Assembly (NCBI GenBank): GCA_965262615.1
Contig: OZ253545.1
Coordinates: forward strand, 1,478,259 to 1,542,258
Length of the DNA: 64,000 nt
Direction of reading: 5' to 3'
Origin: Alphaproteobacteria bacterium
Lineage (GTDB): Bacteria > Pseudomonadota > Alphaproteobacteria > GM7ARS4 > G965262615
A program made the position numbers and the translations under genes. Below the pieces are notes generated by a model. The model saw nothing but the letters and a program-made list of their open reading frames with translations, was not told the DNA's origin and made no database searches. Shown here one piece after another: positions 38,581 to 50,870 of the stretch (position 1 is its first letter; the number at the start of each line of letters is the position of its first letter).

Positions 38581-39819
38581 ATGTCTATTATTGACCCTCG
38601 CCATCTGTTGGAGCCTCAGGCTCATACCGAAGAGAATCACAGTTTTTTGGCTCGCAAGAATGGCATTGACCCCTCAGTGGGTCTGACACCGACCCGCCTT
38701 GCGCGCCTGTTGCGAGATGCGGAAAACGGTCAGTGGGATGACTATCTCGCACTGGCGGAACGCATGGAGGAAAAAGACGCTCAATATTTGGCGGTTCTGG
38801 GAGTGCGCAAGCGTCAGGTGAGTCAAAAGCACCTGCGCGTTGCCCCCGCCGATGACAGCCATGATGCCATGCAGGATGCCGAGCTGGTGCGCCAGTTCAT
38901 CAATCGCATGACCATTGAAGACGAACTCTTTGACATGCTGGATGCGGTGGGCAAGGGCTATTCGGTCACCGAGATTTTGTGGGAGACCAGTGAGCGGCAG
39001 TGGATGCCCACCGCTCTGAAATGGATGGACCCGCGTCTATTCGTCTTCAAAAATCACCGTTTAGAGCTGGGCAATCATCAAGAGTCTGAGGCTTTGCGTC
39101 CGTTTCAATTCATCACTTTGTCGTTGCGAGCGAAATCTGGCTTGCCGTCGCGCGGCGGCTTGGCTCGTCCGATGGCATGGATTTATCTTTTCAAGAATTT
39201 TTCCATTCGCGGCTGGCTGGAATTTGCGGAAATTTATGGACAACCCCTGCGCTTGGGACGCTATCACAACGGCGCGAGCGAGGAGGAAAAACGCACCCTG
39301 CTGCGAGCGGTGGCGGGAATCAGCCGTGATGCCGCCGCCATCATTCCCGAAAGCATGTCCATTGAATTTGCCTCTGCCAATGCGCGCGGCAGTGGGGAGC
39401 TGTATGAAAATCTTGCCTCCTACATGGACAGACAAATCTCCAAGCTGGTTCTGGGTCAAACCAGCACCATAGATGCCATCAGTGGCGGTCATGCGGTGGG
39501 ACGGGAACACGAAAAAGTGCGCCAAGACATCATGCGCGCCGATGCCAGACAGCTGGAAGCCACCCTCAATCAACAATTGATTCGTCCGCTCGTGATGCTC
39601 AATCACGGTGCGCGCGCCAGCTATCCGCGGCTGATCATTGAGGATGACACCAACGAGCGTCCCAATTGGGATGTGCTGAGCAAAGCATTAGAGCGTCTTG
39701 TGCCACTGGGCTTGCAGGTATCGGAACAAGAGGTGCGCTCCATGTTGGGTCTGTCCCGCCCCAAAGAAGGGGATGCGCTGCTGGGTGAGTCTCACGACAA
39801 GCCCGCGCCCACCCGTTGA
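38581..39819 (+). CDS. Mu gp29-like portal protein (DUF935)
   Basis: GLTP.RLA..LR.AE.G, MEEKD, DAVGKGYSVTEI, FAEIYGQP.R.G.Y, ISKLVLGQT; SD AGGAGA. Confidence 0.92.
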   Translation: MSIIDPRHLLEPQAHTEENHSFLARKNGIDPSVGLTPTRLARLLRDAENGQWDDYLALAERMEEKDAQYLAVLGVRKRQVSQKHLRVAPADDSHDAMQDAELVRQFINRMTIEDELFDMLDAVGKGYSVTEILWETSERQWMPTALKWMDPRLFVFKNHRLELGNHQESEALRPFQFITLSLRAKSGLPSRGGLARPMAWIYLFKNFSIRGWLEFAEIYGQPLRLGRYHNGASEEEKRTLLRAVAGISRDAAAIIPESMSIEFASANARGSGELYENLASYMDRQISKLVLGQTSTIDAISGGHAVGREHEKVRQDIMRADARQLEATLNQQLIRPLVMLNHGARASYPRLIIEDDTNERPNWDVLSKALERLVPLGLQVSEQEVRSMLGLSRPKEGDALLGESHDKPAPTR

Positions 39820-40892
39820 TCGCGATGAATCCACACATTCATGAGCAATCCCACGCCCACAAAGAGCGTGATCATGCTGGAGCCGCCATAGGATAAAAAC
39901 GGCAACGGTGCCCCCACCACAGGCAGCAAGCCACTCACCATGCCGATGTTGACCACCACATAGGTGGTGATGGCTGTCGTCACCCCCAGCGAGATGACCA
40001 CTCCAAAATGATGACGACACGCAAAGGCGATGTAAAATCCCGATGCCATCACAATCGTGTAAAGCAGCAGCAAAAAGATCGCGCCGCTAAATCCCATCTC
40101 TTCGGCGTACATGGTAAAGATAAAGTCGGTTTGTTTCTCCGGCAGAAAATCCAAGTGACTTTGAGGTCCTTGCAAAAACCCCCGTCCCCAAAATCCGCCC
40201 GAGCCCAAAGCGATTTTAGATTGAATGGCATGATACCCCGCGCCCAAAGGGTCTTGTTCGGGGTCAAGAAATGCCAGCAGGCGGCGTTTTTGATAGTCAT
40301 GCAAATAGCTCCAAGCAAATGGCGCAGACAGCAAAGCCAAAAAGCTCATCAGCATGAACTTGAACGATGACACCCCCGCCATATAAATGGTGACAATGCC
40401 AATAATCACCAGCAAGATCGCCGTTCCCAAGTCGGGCTGAATGGCGATGAGAGCGGCGGGGATAAAAATCAATGCAAGGGGAATCACAAAGGAGCTCCAT
40501 GACATGCGCGTCTGACGAGAACGGTCATGAAAAAAGCGCGCCAGCAACAAGACGAGACTGACTTTTAATAATTCGGAAGGTTGCAATCGCAGGACATCAA
40601 AATCCAGCCACCGCCGTGCCCCCATGCCGGTGTCCCCAAACAAAAAAACAGCCAGCAGCAGCAAGAGGGTCACCCCATACAATGGATACGCCCACCCATG
40701 CCATTGATTGATGGGGCGACTGGCAATGAGCATCATGATGCCAAGCCCCAACACCAACCGAACGGCGTGGGTCAGTGCCCACGGCTGCCACGCGCCTCCT
40801 GCGGCGGAGTAGAGCATAGCGACACCAATCAGGGAGAGCATCGTCACCGCCAGCAACAATGGCAGATGATGATTTTTGATTAAGGTCATCAT
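39792..40892 (-). CDS. rodA: Rod shape-determining SEDS protein
   Basis: GARRW, QPSE, QPDLGT, FLPEKQTDFIF, LPFLSYGGSS. Confidence 0.96.
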   Translation of the reverse strand: MMTLIKNHHLPLLLAVTMLSLIGVAMLYSAAGGAWQPWALTHAVRLVLGLGIMMLIASRPINQWHGWAYPLYGVTLLLLLAVFLFGDTGMGARRWLDFDVLRLQPSELLKVSLVLLLARFFHDRSRQTRMSWSSFVIPLALIFIPAALIAIQPDLGTAILLVIIGIVTIYMAGVSSFKFMLMSFLALLSAPFAWSYLHDYQKRRLLAFLDPEQDPLGAGYHAIQSKIALGSGGFWGRGFLQGPQSHLDFLPEKQTDFIFTMYAEEMGFSGAIFLLLLYTIVMASGFYIAFACRHHFGVVISLGVTTAITTYVVVNIGMVSGLLPVVGAPLPFLSYGGSSMITLFVGVGLLMNVWIHRDQRVGAGLS

Positions 40893-42688
40893 GCGGCGTT
40901 CCTGTCAGGCAGCCATCGCTGTGCCCATAGCAAGATGTCTCTGGCGATGGGAGCAGCCACCGCCGCGCCTCCCCCACCATGCTCCACCAACACCGATACC
41001 GCATAGCGAGGACGGCGCAATGGTGCGTATCCCACAAACACCGCATGATCGCGCAAGTGCCACGGCAATTGGCGATTGGACAACGAGCCCAGAGTGCGTT
41101 CATGACTCAAAAATTGCCGCACCTGTGATGTTCCGGTTTTGCCCGCCATTTCCAATCGGTCAATGGCGATGCGAGCGGCGTAGGCTGTGCCTTTGTCATC
41201 ATTGACGGCAGCCACCATGCCTTGCTGAATGGGCTTGAGGATGTAGTCACCAATGGGTGTGGTGTGAGGTTTGGTGCGCGGCTCATTTTGCAACAGAGAT
41301 GGATTGAGGAACGCATCTCCCGTGGCAAGAGCAGAAGCCATGACCGCCAGTTGCAAGGCATTGCAGCTGACCCATCCCTGTCCGATGCCATTGACATAGC
41401 TGTTGCCCTGATGCCATCGCTCACCAAATCGCCGCTGCTTCCACGCACTGTCGGGAATAAATCCCGCCTTTTGCGGAGCAAGGGGCAAATCGTATGATTG
41501 ACCCAGCCCCAGACGCAGTGCCATTTTTTTGACGGCATCAATGCTGACTTTTTCCATCAAGCGATAAAAATAGACATCACACGATTGAGCAATGGCTTGC
41601 GCCAGAGCCAGTTCGCCGTGTCCTTCTTCTCGCCAGCAGTGAAATCGTCTGCCGCCTGCTTCAATGAATCCTTCGCAATTGACGGTTTCAAAGTCGTTGG
41701 CGACGCCCTCCTCCAAAGCGGCGAGTGCCACCACCAATTTGAAAACCGATCCCGGCGCATACAATCCGGCAATGGCTTTATTGACCAGAGGAGCTTTTTC
41801 GTCATCGGTGAGCTTCTGCCAGTAATCACTGTCCAGTTCTTGACTGAGTCTTTGGGGGTCATACCCCGGACGCGACACCATCGCCTTGACGGATCCATCT
41901 CGGCAATCCATCAAGACGGCTGCGCCACTCTCATCGCCAAAACGGCGCGCCGCCAATGATTGCACCCGCTGATCCAGCGTCAGATGAACATGGTGTCCCG
42001 CCACCGCAGCTTGACGATTAAGATCGCGAATGGGCTTGCCATAAGCATTGACCTCCAACTGCAAGAGACCGGGTGTGCCGCGCAAATAGGTGTCAAAATG
42101 CGACTCCATGCCATCTCGTCCCACAGCGGCTTGAATGCGTTGCCGCTCATGCACCCATTCTTGCTCTTTGTCCGCCTCTCCCATGTATCCCACCACATGA
42201 CAATTCTCCTCACCAAAAGGATACAAACGCTGTTCGGCAATCACCACCCGCATTCCCTCCAATTGGTCATGATGAGCCTCCAGTCGCGCCACATCATCCC
42301 AACTGAGATTGACCAGCACCTCAATGGGAGCAAAGGCTGGATTGGTCGCGATGCGTTCGATGACCTCTCGGCGGCGTTGTTCAGACAACGGAATGATGCG
42401 CGCCACCGCCCGCAAACTGGCTTCAGCATCACTGGTCTCTTCGGCAATCAGCGTCAATTGATACACGCGCCGATTGAGGGCAAGAGGCAATCCCTGTCCG
42501 TCAAAAATCATGCCGCGCTGGGGAATCACAGGACGAAAAGAAATGCGGTTGCTGCTGGCAAGAGAATCGTAATGATGCGCATCTAAAATCTGCAATTGAA
42601 ACAATCGCCCCGCCAGCAGCATCATGACACCCCCCTGTGCCGCCGCCACCAACAAGGCTCGCCGTCTAATATTTGTACCGCCGCTCAT
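40889..42688 (-). CDS. mrdA: Penicillin-binding protein 2
   Basis: PGSVFK, SCD, KTGT motifs. Confidence 0.96.
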   Translation of the reverse strand: MSGGTNIRRRALLVAAAQGGVMMLLAGRLFQLQILDAHHYDSLASSNRISFRPVIPQRGMIFDGQGLPLALNRRVYQLTLIAEETSDAEASLRAVARIIPLSEQRRREVIERIATNPAFAPIEVLVNLSWDDVARLEAHHDQLEGMRVVIAEQRLYPFGEENCHVVGYMGEADKEQEWVHERQRIQAAVGRDGMESHFDTYLRGTPGLLQLEVNAYGKPIRDLNRQAAVAGHHVHLTLDQRVQSLAARRFGDESGAAVLMDCRDGSVKAMVSRPGYDPQRLSQELDSDYWQKLTDDEKAPLVNKAIAGLYAPGSVFKLVVALAALEEGVANDFETVNCEGFIEAGGRRFHCWREEGHGELALAQAIAQSCDVYFYRLMEKVSIDAVKKMALRLGLGQSYDLPLAPQKAGFIPDSAWKQRRFGERWHQGNSYVNGIGQGWVSCNALQLAVMASALATGDAFLNPSLLQNEPRTKPHTTPIGDYILKPIQQGMVAAVNDDKGTAYAARIAIDRLEMAGKTGTSQVRQFLSHERTLGSLSNRQLPWHLRDHAVFVGYAPLRRPRYAVSVLVEHGGGGAAVAAPIARDILLWAQRWLPDRNAA

Positions 42689-43109
42689 CTTTTTTCTCCG
42701 CAACAATCATCATGACAGAAAAGAAAATCAAGGCATACATTGATGACCGCCACAGCATGACAAACGCGCCGTATCCCATCAATGAGAGTGCCGTCACCAA
42801 CCCAAGCAACGCCAGCACAAACGCCAGCACCCTAGCGATCATTCCCGCACGAGCCAATGGCGAGCGCGCCATCATCATCATCCATGCAAACATCACGCCG
42901 TGTGAGCCAAACGGCGCCCCCGTCCATACATCACTCATAAGCCCCGCGCCAAAGGCAAACAACACATGAAAGGGCACATGGCAACTCAACCAAAAAAACG
43001 CGCTGCTGGGAACAAAAGCCAGACTCTGCCGCAATGATGCCTCACCATAGGGCGCATGAGACACAAACAACGCCACCATCAACCACAGACCGGCACGCAT
43101 ATAATTCAT
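42666..43109 (-). CDS. mreD: Rod shape-determining protein MreD (divergent)
   Basis: Hydrophobic, GLMSDVWTGAPFG; between mreC and mrdA. Confidence 0.7.
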   Translation of the reverse strand: MNYMRAGLWLMVALFVSHAPYGEASLRQSLAFVPSSAFFWLSCHVPFHVLFAFGAGLMSDVWTGAPFGSHGVMFAWMMMMARSPLARAGMIARVLAFVLALLGLVTALSLMGYGAFVMLWRSSMYALIFFSVMMIVAEKKDERRYKY

Positions 43110-43933
43110 GGCTTTGTCTCCTGAGACATTGTTTGCACGAATGCATAGCGCGCCTTGTGAGGTTGTGCCACCATGCGGACGCGAAACAATCGCTCACCAT
43201 CTTCTTGGGATGCCAATTGGAGCGTTCCCACCGCCACCCCTGCGGGAAACACACCGCCTCTGCCGGAGGTCACAATATAATCACCCTCTTCGAGTGCCTC
43301 ATCTTCACTGCGTTCCACAAAATTGAGCCATGGCTCGGACGAATTGTCTCCTGTCAAAATGGCATGAATGTTTGAGGACAGCATCTTGACCGGCACGCGG
43401 GCACTGATATCGGTGATGAGCAAAAATTGCGTCACGGCATCCCCGACGGCAACGGCATATCCCATCATGCCGTGATGATCTCGCACCATGCTGTGATGCC
43501 TCACGCCATTGTCTCGTCCCGCCGCCAACAAGAGACTGCGAGTGAACACCGAGCCGCCATCACTGATGACCCGTGCCAGCACCCACTCCTCTTCTTGGTG
43601 GTTGTCATTAACAAAAGGCATCATGGCTCGCAATTGCTCATTTTCCGCCTGCAAGACAAGGGCTTTGGTTTGCCACTGATACAGCCTCTGATTTTCTTCC
43701 ATGAGGGATTGTCGTTGCCACACCAATTCCTCATGGCGACGCATGAGGTCAGAGGCGTGATGAATTGTGTCCGCCCACCAAACAAACGGCTGATAGAGCC
43801 ACGCCGTCATGTCTCTGGGAGCCGTGACCTGTCGCTGTGCCGGCTCAGGAACAATGAACGGTGACACAAAAAGCACAATGACCAACACCCACCGCCAGCG
43901 TCCACCTATGGTGAAGAAAGAAGAGCGCATCAA
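43106..43933 (-). CDS. mreC: Rod shape-determining protein MreC
   Basis: EN..LR, ARVISD, VTSGRGGVFPAGVAVG. Confidence 0.9.
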   Translation of the reverse strand: MMRSSFFTIGGRWRWVLVIVLFVSPFIVPEPAQRQVTAPRDMTAWLYQPFVWWADTIHHASDLMRRHEELVWQRQSLMEENQRLYQWQTKALVLQAENEQLRAMMPFVNDNHQEEEWVLARVISDGGSVFTRSLLLAAGRDNGVRHHSMVRDHHGMMGYAVAVGDAVTQFLLITDISARVPVKMLSSNIHAILTGDNSSEPWLNFVERSEDEALEEGDYIVTSGRGGVFPAGVAVGTLQLASQEDGERLFRVRMVAQPHKARYAFVQTMSQETKP

Positions 43934-45018
43934 TGATTTCTAATGAGCATGGTGCGCATAAACTGAGGACTCTCCAAACAGAGCCCGCCTCCTTTGACCA
44001 CCGACAACAACGGCTCATCGGCAATGGTGACATTGACTCGCGTTTTTTCATGCAAAAAGCGATCCAATCCATGCAACAATGCACCGCCCCCCGTGATGAC
44101 CATGCCTTGGTCAATAATGTCAGCAGACAATTCAGGCGATGTCGCCTCCAAAGCATGGCGCAAGGCATTGATAATATCAGTGAGCGGAGCTTGCAAGGCT
44201 TCGGCGCATTCACTGCGCTTGATGGTCATTTCTTGGGGAATGCCCGAAATGACATCCCTGCCTCTGATTTTGTCGGTGATATCCTCGTGTGCACTTTTGG
44301 GCATCACGGCGCTGGCAATGGACAGCTTAATGCGCTCGGCGGTGCTGTCGCCAATGAGCAACTGATGCTTTTCACGGGCATAATGAGCAATGGCTTCATC
44401 AAAGACATCGCCGCCCACTCTGACCGAACACGAATAAGCAATGCCATTGAGGGCAATGATGGCAACCTCGGTTGTTCCGCCGCCAATATCCACCACCATA
44501 GATCCTCGTGCCTCGCCGATGGGCAATCCCACGCCGATGGCGGCGGCAACGGGCTCTTCAATCATCAACACTTTGCGCGCCCCCGACACCGCCACAGACT
44601 CCTCAATGGCACGACGCTCCACAGGCGTAGAACCCGATGGCACACACACAATCACACGGGGACTCAAAAAATTTGAGCCACTGGAAGCCTTCGTGACGAA
44701 AAATTGAATCATCTCCTCGGCAACGCGAAAATCGGCAATGACACCATCCCGCAACGGACGCACCGCCCGCACATTCTCAGGCGTGCGCCCCAGCATGGCT
44801 TTGGCTTCCCTGCCCACCGCCAGCACCCGCTTGATTCCCCGATCTTCCTCCAATGCCACCACCGATGGCTCGTTCAAAACCACCCCGCGTCCCTTCACAT
44901 AAATCAGCGTGTTGGCAGTGCCCAGGTCAATCGCCATGTCCGGCGACAACTTGTCCATCAGGCGTGACCAAAAAGACTGCCCGTCCTCACTCACAAAAAA
45001 ATCAGATAGCGGCGACAT
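43930..45018 (-). CDS. mreB: Rod shape-determining protein MreB
   Basis: AIDLGTANT, VDIGGGTTE, TGGGALL; start inferred. Confidence 0.96.
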   Translation of the reverse strand: MSPLSDFFVSEDGQSFWSRLMDKLSPDMAIDLGTANTLIYVKGRGVVLNEPSVVALEEDRGIKRVLAVGREAKAMLGRTPENVRAVRPLRDGVIADFRVAEEMIQFFVTKASSGSNFLSPRVIVCVPSGSTPVERRAIEESVAVSGARKVLMIEEPVAAAIGVGLPIGEARGSMVVDIGGGTTEVAIIALNGIAYSCSVRVGGDVFDEAIAHYAREKHQLLIGDSTAERIKLSIASAVMPKSAHEDITDKIRGRDVISGIPQEMTIKRSECAEALQAPLTDIINALRHALEATSPELSADIIDQGMVITGGGALLHGLDRFLHEKTRVNVTIADEPLLSVVKGGGLCLESPQFMRTMLIRNH

Positions 45019-46567
45019 GAACCGATTCCGATGAATCTGCGCGCGAAGGAACATGATACAAACGAGCCAATGCCTGCACATAAGCGCGCACCGATGCCAA
45101 TAATGTGTCGGCATCCGTGCCGTGTCCGTTGGCGCGCCGATTGCCATCTTTCAGCTGAACCACCACTTCGGCTTGAGCATCTCGTCCGCGCGTCACCGCC
45201 TTGACCTGATACAATTCCAGCTGTGCCGTTTTGCCACACGCTTTCTCGCAACACGAAAACAAAGATTCAACCACTCCATCGGCTTCCAGTGATGCCGTCT
45301 TGAGCTCGCCCGCCAGCGACACGGTCACCGCCACACGATAGCGTCCCTGCTGCAACGCCACCACCTCATCCAGTGACACCACATGCCATGCAATCTGACG
45401 GCGCGTCATCTCGTCATCCACAAGGGCGATGATGTCTTCCTCAAACACAATTTTTTTGTGGTCTGCCAAATTTTTGAAACGCGAGAAGGCATCATCCAAT
45501 TGGTCGTCATTGAGCTCCTCGTAGCCCAAATCCTTCAGCTTGGAGCGAAAGGCGTGGCGTCCCGAATGTTTGCCCAGCACCAATTGGGATTCGCTCAATC
45601 CCACCGATTCAGGCGTCATAATCTCGTAGGTCTCACTGTGCTTGAGCATGCCGTCTTGATGAATGCCCGCCTCATGAGCAAAGGCGTTCGCTCCCACAAT
45701 GGCTTTGTTGGGCTGAACAGTAAAGCCGGTCACTTGCGAGACAAGACGCGATGCCCGCGTAATCAACGATGTGTCAATGGCGGTATCCCATGCCGTCAGA
45801 TCGCGCCTTGTCTTGAGCAGCATCACCAGCTCCTCAAGAGAGGCATTGCCCGCCCGTTCACCAATGCCATTGATGGTGCATTCCACCTGCCGCGCCCCCG
45901 CCGCAATGGCGGCATAAGAATTGGCAACCGCCAGACCCAAATCATTATGGCAGTGAGCAGAAAAAATCGCCTTGTCACTGTTGCTCACCCGTTCCCGCAG
46001 CATGGCAATCAATGCGCCAAATTCGGCAGGAGTGCTGTAGCCAACGGTGTCGGGAATGTTGATGGTGGTCGCCCCCGCCGCAATGGCGCGCTCCACCGCT
46101 TGACATAAAAAATCATGCTCACTGCGAGAGGCGTCCTCAGGTGACCATTCCACATCATCGGTCTTATGGCGCGCCAGTGTCACACTATCGGTGATGGCAT
46201 CCAAAACGGCATCCCCATCCATCCCCAGCTTGTGCTTCATATGAAGGGCACTGGTGGAAATAAATGTATGAATACGCCCACAACGCGCAGGACGCAGAGC
46301 TTCTGCTGCCCGTTCAATATCTTTACGGGTTGCCCGTGCCAACGCACAAATCACCGACTCTTTAACCTCAGACGCAATCGCCTGCACCGAGGCAAAGTCT
46401 CCTGATGAGGCAATGGGAAAGCCCGCCTCAATGATATCCACCTTCATGGCTTCCAGCATTTTGGCAACGCGCATTTTCTCATCTTGCGTCATGCTCGCGC
46501 CAGGACACTGCTCACCATCGCGCAAAGTGGTATCAAAGATGCGAATATGATTATCAGGACTGTTCAT
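45002..46567 (-). CDS. leuA: 2-isopropylmalate synthase
   Basis: FDTTLRDGEQ, HCHNDLG, GERAGN, GKHSGR. Confidence 0.97.
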   Translation of the reverse strand: MNSPDNHIRIFDTTLRDGEQCPGASMTQDEKMRVAKMLEAMKVDIIEAGFPIASSGDFASVQAIASEVKESVICALARATRKDIERAAEALRPARCGRIHTFISTSALHMKHKLGMDGDAVLDAITDSVTLARHKTDDVEWSPEDASRSEHDFLCQAVERAIAAGATTINIPDTVGYSTPAEFGALIAMLRERVSNSDKAIFSAHCHNDLGLAVANSYAAIAAGARQVECTINGIGERAGNASLEELVMLLKTRRDLTAWDTAIDTSLITRASRLVSQVTGFTVQPNKAIVGANAFAHEAGIHQDGMLKHSETYEIMTPESVGLSESQLVLGKHSGRHAFRSKLKDLGYEELNDDQLDDAFSRFKNLADHKKIVFEEDIIALVDDEMTRRQIAWHVVSLDEVVALQQGRYRVAVTVSLAGELKTASLEADGVVESLFSCCEKACGKTAQLELYQVKAVTRGRDAQAEVVVQLKDGNRRANGHGTDADTLLASVRAYVQALARLYHVPSRADSSESVHVAAI

Positions 46568-46570
46568 GGT

Positions 46571-48134
<1,564 letters not shown>

Positions 48135-48138
<4 letters not shown>

Positions 48139-49925
48139 ACCAAAATCATGCCCTCCTCTTTGTGGTCGGGCGAGAAAGCCTGTTCATCCTCATCGCTCAA
48201 CAACATTTCGTAATGAGCCGCGCCCGAAGGAATCATGGGAAAACAATTTTCCACCTTATCCACGACAATATCCGCCACCACCAACTGAGGCGATTCAATC
48301 ATTTCATCAATCACGGCATCCAACTCATCAGGAGAGGAAGCACGCAAGCCCTTCGCACCAAAAGATTCTGCCAACTTCACAAAGTCCGGCAAAGAATCGG
48401 TGTAGGATTCCGACAGGCGATTGTCATAGATGAGCTCCTGCCACTGGCGCACCATTCCCATGTACTGATTGTTCATGATAAAAATCTTCACCGGCAAGCG
48501 ATACTGCATGGCGGTGGAGAGTTCCTGAATGTTCATCAAGATGGAAGCCTCTCCCGCCACATCCACCACCAACGATTGTGGATGCGCCAGCTGCACGCCA
48601 ATGGCGGATGGGAATCCGTATCCCATCGTCCCCAATCCGCCCGATGTCATCCAGCGATGAGGCTCATTGAAAGTGAGAAACTGCGCCGCCCACATTTGAT
48701 GCTGTCCCACCTCCGTGGTGATGTAATAATCCCCATGCCTTTTGAGGGCGGCATCAAGACGCTGCAACGCATACTGCGGCTTGATGGTGGTCTTGCTGTT
48801 TTTATAAGAAAGACATCGCCGCGCCCGCCAGCCTTCAATGGTCTTCCACCACGCAGATAAATCCTGACGAGGCGACGATGACTGTCGCCACGCCTCAGTC
48901 AGTGCCTTGACCGCCACCCCCGCATCGGCGCGAATGCCGCAATCCACCAGCACACTCTTGTTGATGGATGACGCGTCAATATCAATGTGAATTTTACGCG
49001 AATTAGGTGAGAAATCTCGCAGTCGCCCGGTGATGCGATCATCAAAGCGCGCCCCAATGGCAATCATGACATCACACTGATGCATCGCCATATTGGCTTC
49101 ATAAGTGCCGTGCATTCCCAGCATACCCAAAAACTGTTGATCCTCGGTGGGATACGCGCCGAGCCCCATCAGCGTCTGAGTGATGGGGAAACCAGTCTCC
49201 TTGACCCATGACCGCAACGCCTCACACGCCTGCCGCCCCGCATTAATCATGCCGCCGCCCACATAAAAAATGGGCTTTTGTGCCTCACCAATCCACCCAA
49301 TGGCTTGGGAGACGGCATCGCCATCAATATCCGATGACACATGATAGCGTTTGGATAACCGCTGGCGGTCATCCTCGCCGGGTGAATTATACTGACATTG
49401 TGCCACCTGCACATCTTTGGGCAAATCCACCACCACAGGACCAGGTCGCCCGGTGCGCGCCACATGAAATGCCTCTCGCATCACGCTTGCCAATTGGGAG
49501 ACATCCTTGACCAAGTAGTTATGCTTGGTGCATGGGCGAGTGATTCCTGTCGTGTCGGCTTCCTGAAAGGCATCATTGCCGATAAACTGAGTCGCCACCT
49601 GACCCGTCAAACACACCACAGGAATGGAATCCATGAAGGCATCGGTGAGTCCCGTCACCGTGTTGGTGGCACCGGGTCCCGAGGTCACCAACACCACGCC
49701 CACATCTCCTGTGGAGCGAGCGTATCCCTCCGCCGCATGCACCGCCCCTTGTTCATGGCGCACCAATATATGACGAAAACCCCAATCCTTGCCAAAAAGA
49801 CAATCATAGAGAGGCAACACCGCTCCCCCAGGATAGCCAAAAATCAAGCGCACCCGTTCCTCGCGCAGAACCTCCAGAATAATCTCTGCTCCCGATAATT
49901 TCTTTGGTTGCGGCTGGCTCATCAT
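48135..49925 (-). CDS. ilvI: Acetolactate synthase large subunit
   Basis: GYPGG, RHEQ, TSGPGATN, GMVRQWQ. Confidence 0.95.
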
Positions 49926-50866
49926 CTCTTTGTCTTACCATGCTCCTGTTCATAAGAAAATAGGGAACGCACAGCACATGAATCCAATTGGACATCAAGC
50001 TGTCTTATGACATGATGACTCTGAGGAAGGCGATGGCGCATCCAAGTCATCTGGCGGCGCGCATACTGTTTGGTGACGCGCCGCCAGCGCGCCACCATCT
50101 CATCCCTGCCGATATCACCCCTGAGATGAGCCATCATCTCTGGCACGCCGTGTGACTTCATGATGGGCAATTGAGCATCGTACCCTTTGCGTTGCAGATT
50201 TTCCACCTCCGCCAGCGCGCCTTGTGTCACCATTCGGTCAATGCGCGACTCAATACGCTGATGCAACGCGTCACGAGGCGGCTGAATAAAAATGACAAAT
50301 GGTCGTCCATTCCGCAAAAAAGAGCGTTTTGCGCCTCGTTGCCACTGCCGCAAAGACTGCTTGGTGGCAAGCCATATCTCCCATGCCCGCGCGATGCGCT
50401 GGCTGTCATGCGGATGCAAACCGGCAGCAGTGACGGGGTCATGCTTATTTAACGCCTGATGCACCGCCACCGCCCCTTTGTGCTCCATATCATGACGAGC
50501 CGCACGGCGATGCTCATCTTTTACTTCGGGCATATCATGAATGCCATAGAGCAAAGTCTGAATGTAGAGCCCACTGCCGCCACACACAATAACGCAGCGT
50601 TCATCATCTAACCGAGCCTCAATGAGCCGTGCGGCATCATGGGCCCATGATGCCGCCGTCACCACATCATTCCCTTGCCGATAACCATACAGATAGTGGG
50701 GCACAGACGCACACGCGTTCTCATTGGGGCGATTGGTGACAATGGCTAAATCTTCATAACACTGCATGGCATCACAATTGACCACCACGCCATCCAGTTG
50801 CTGTGCCATCTGCAATGCCAGTTGTGACTTGCCACTGGCAGTCGCACCAGCGATAACAATCAGCAC
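49922..50866 (-). CDS. miaA: tRNA dimethylallyltransferase
   Basis: GATASGKS, DAMQCY, GGSGLY, YARRQMTW. Confidence 0.94.
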   Translation of the reverse strand: MLIVIAGATASGKSQLALQMAQQLDGVVVNCDAMQCYEDLAIVTNRPNENACASVPHYLYGYRQGNDVVTAASWAHDAARLIEARLDDERCVIVCGGSGLYIQTLLYGIHDMPEVKDEHRRAARHDMEHKGAVAVHQALNKHDPVTAAGLHPHDSQRIARAWEIWLATKQSLRQWQRGAKRSFLRNGRPFVIFIQPPRDALHQRIESRIDRMVTQGALAEVENLQRKGYDAQLPIMKSHGVPEMMAHLRGDIGRDEMVARWRRVTKQYARRQMTWMRHRLPQSHHVIRQLDVQLDSCAVRSLFSYEQEHGKTKR

Positions 50867-50870
50867 GGCA

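Larger units (their letters stand above)
36018..39819 (+). mobile_element. Mu-like phage-derived regulator plus DNA-packaging module (remnant or domesticated)
   Basis: Mu gene order activator, gp25, gp27, gp28, gp29; no transposase, lysis, head or tail genes. Confidence 0.85.

Noticed and set aside
36018-39819. Complete inducible Mu prophage
   Set aside because: No transposase, repressor, capsid, tail or recognisable Mu ends; flanked directly by housekeeping genes.
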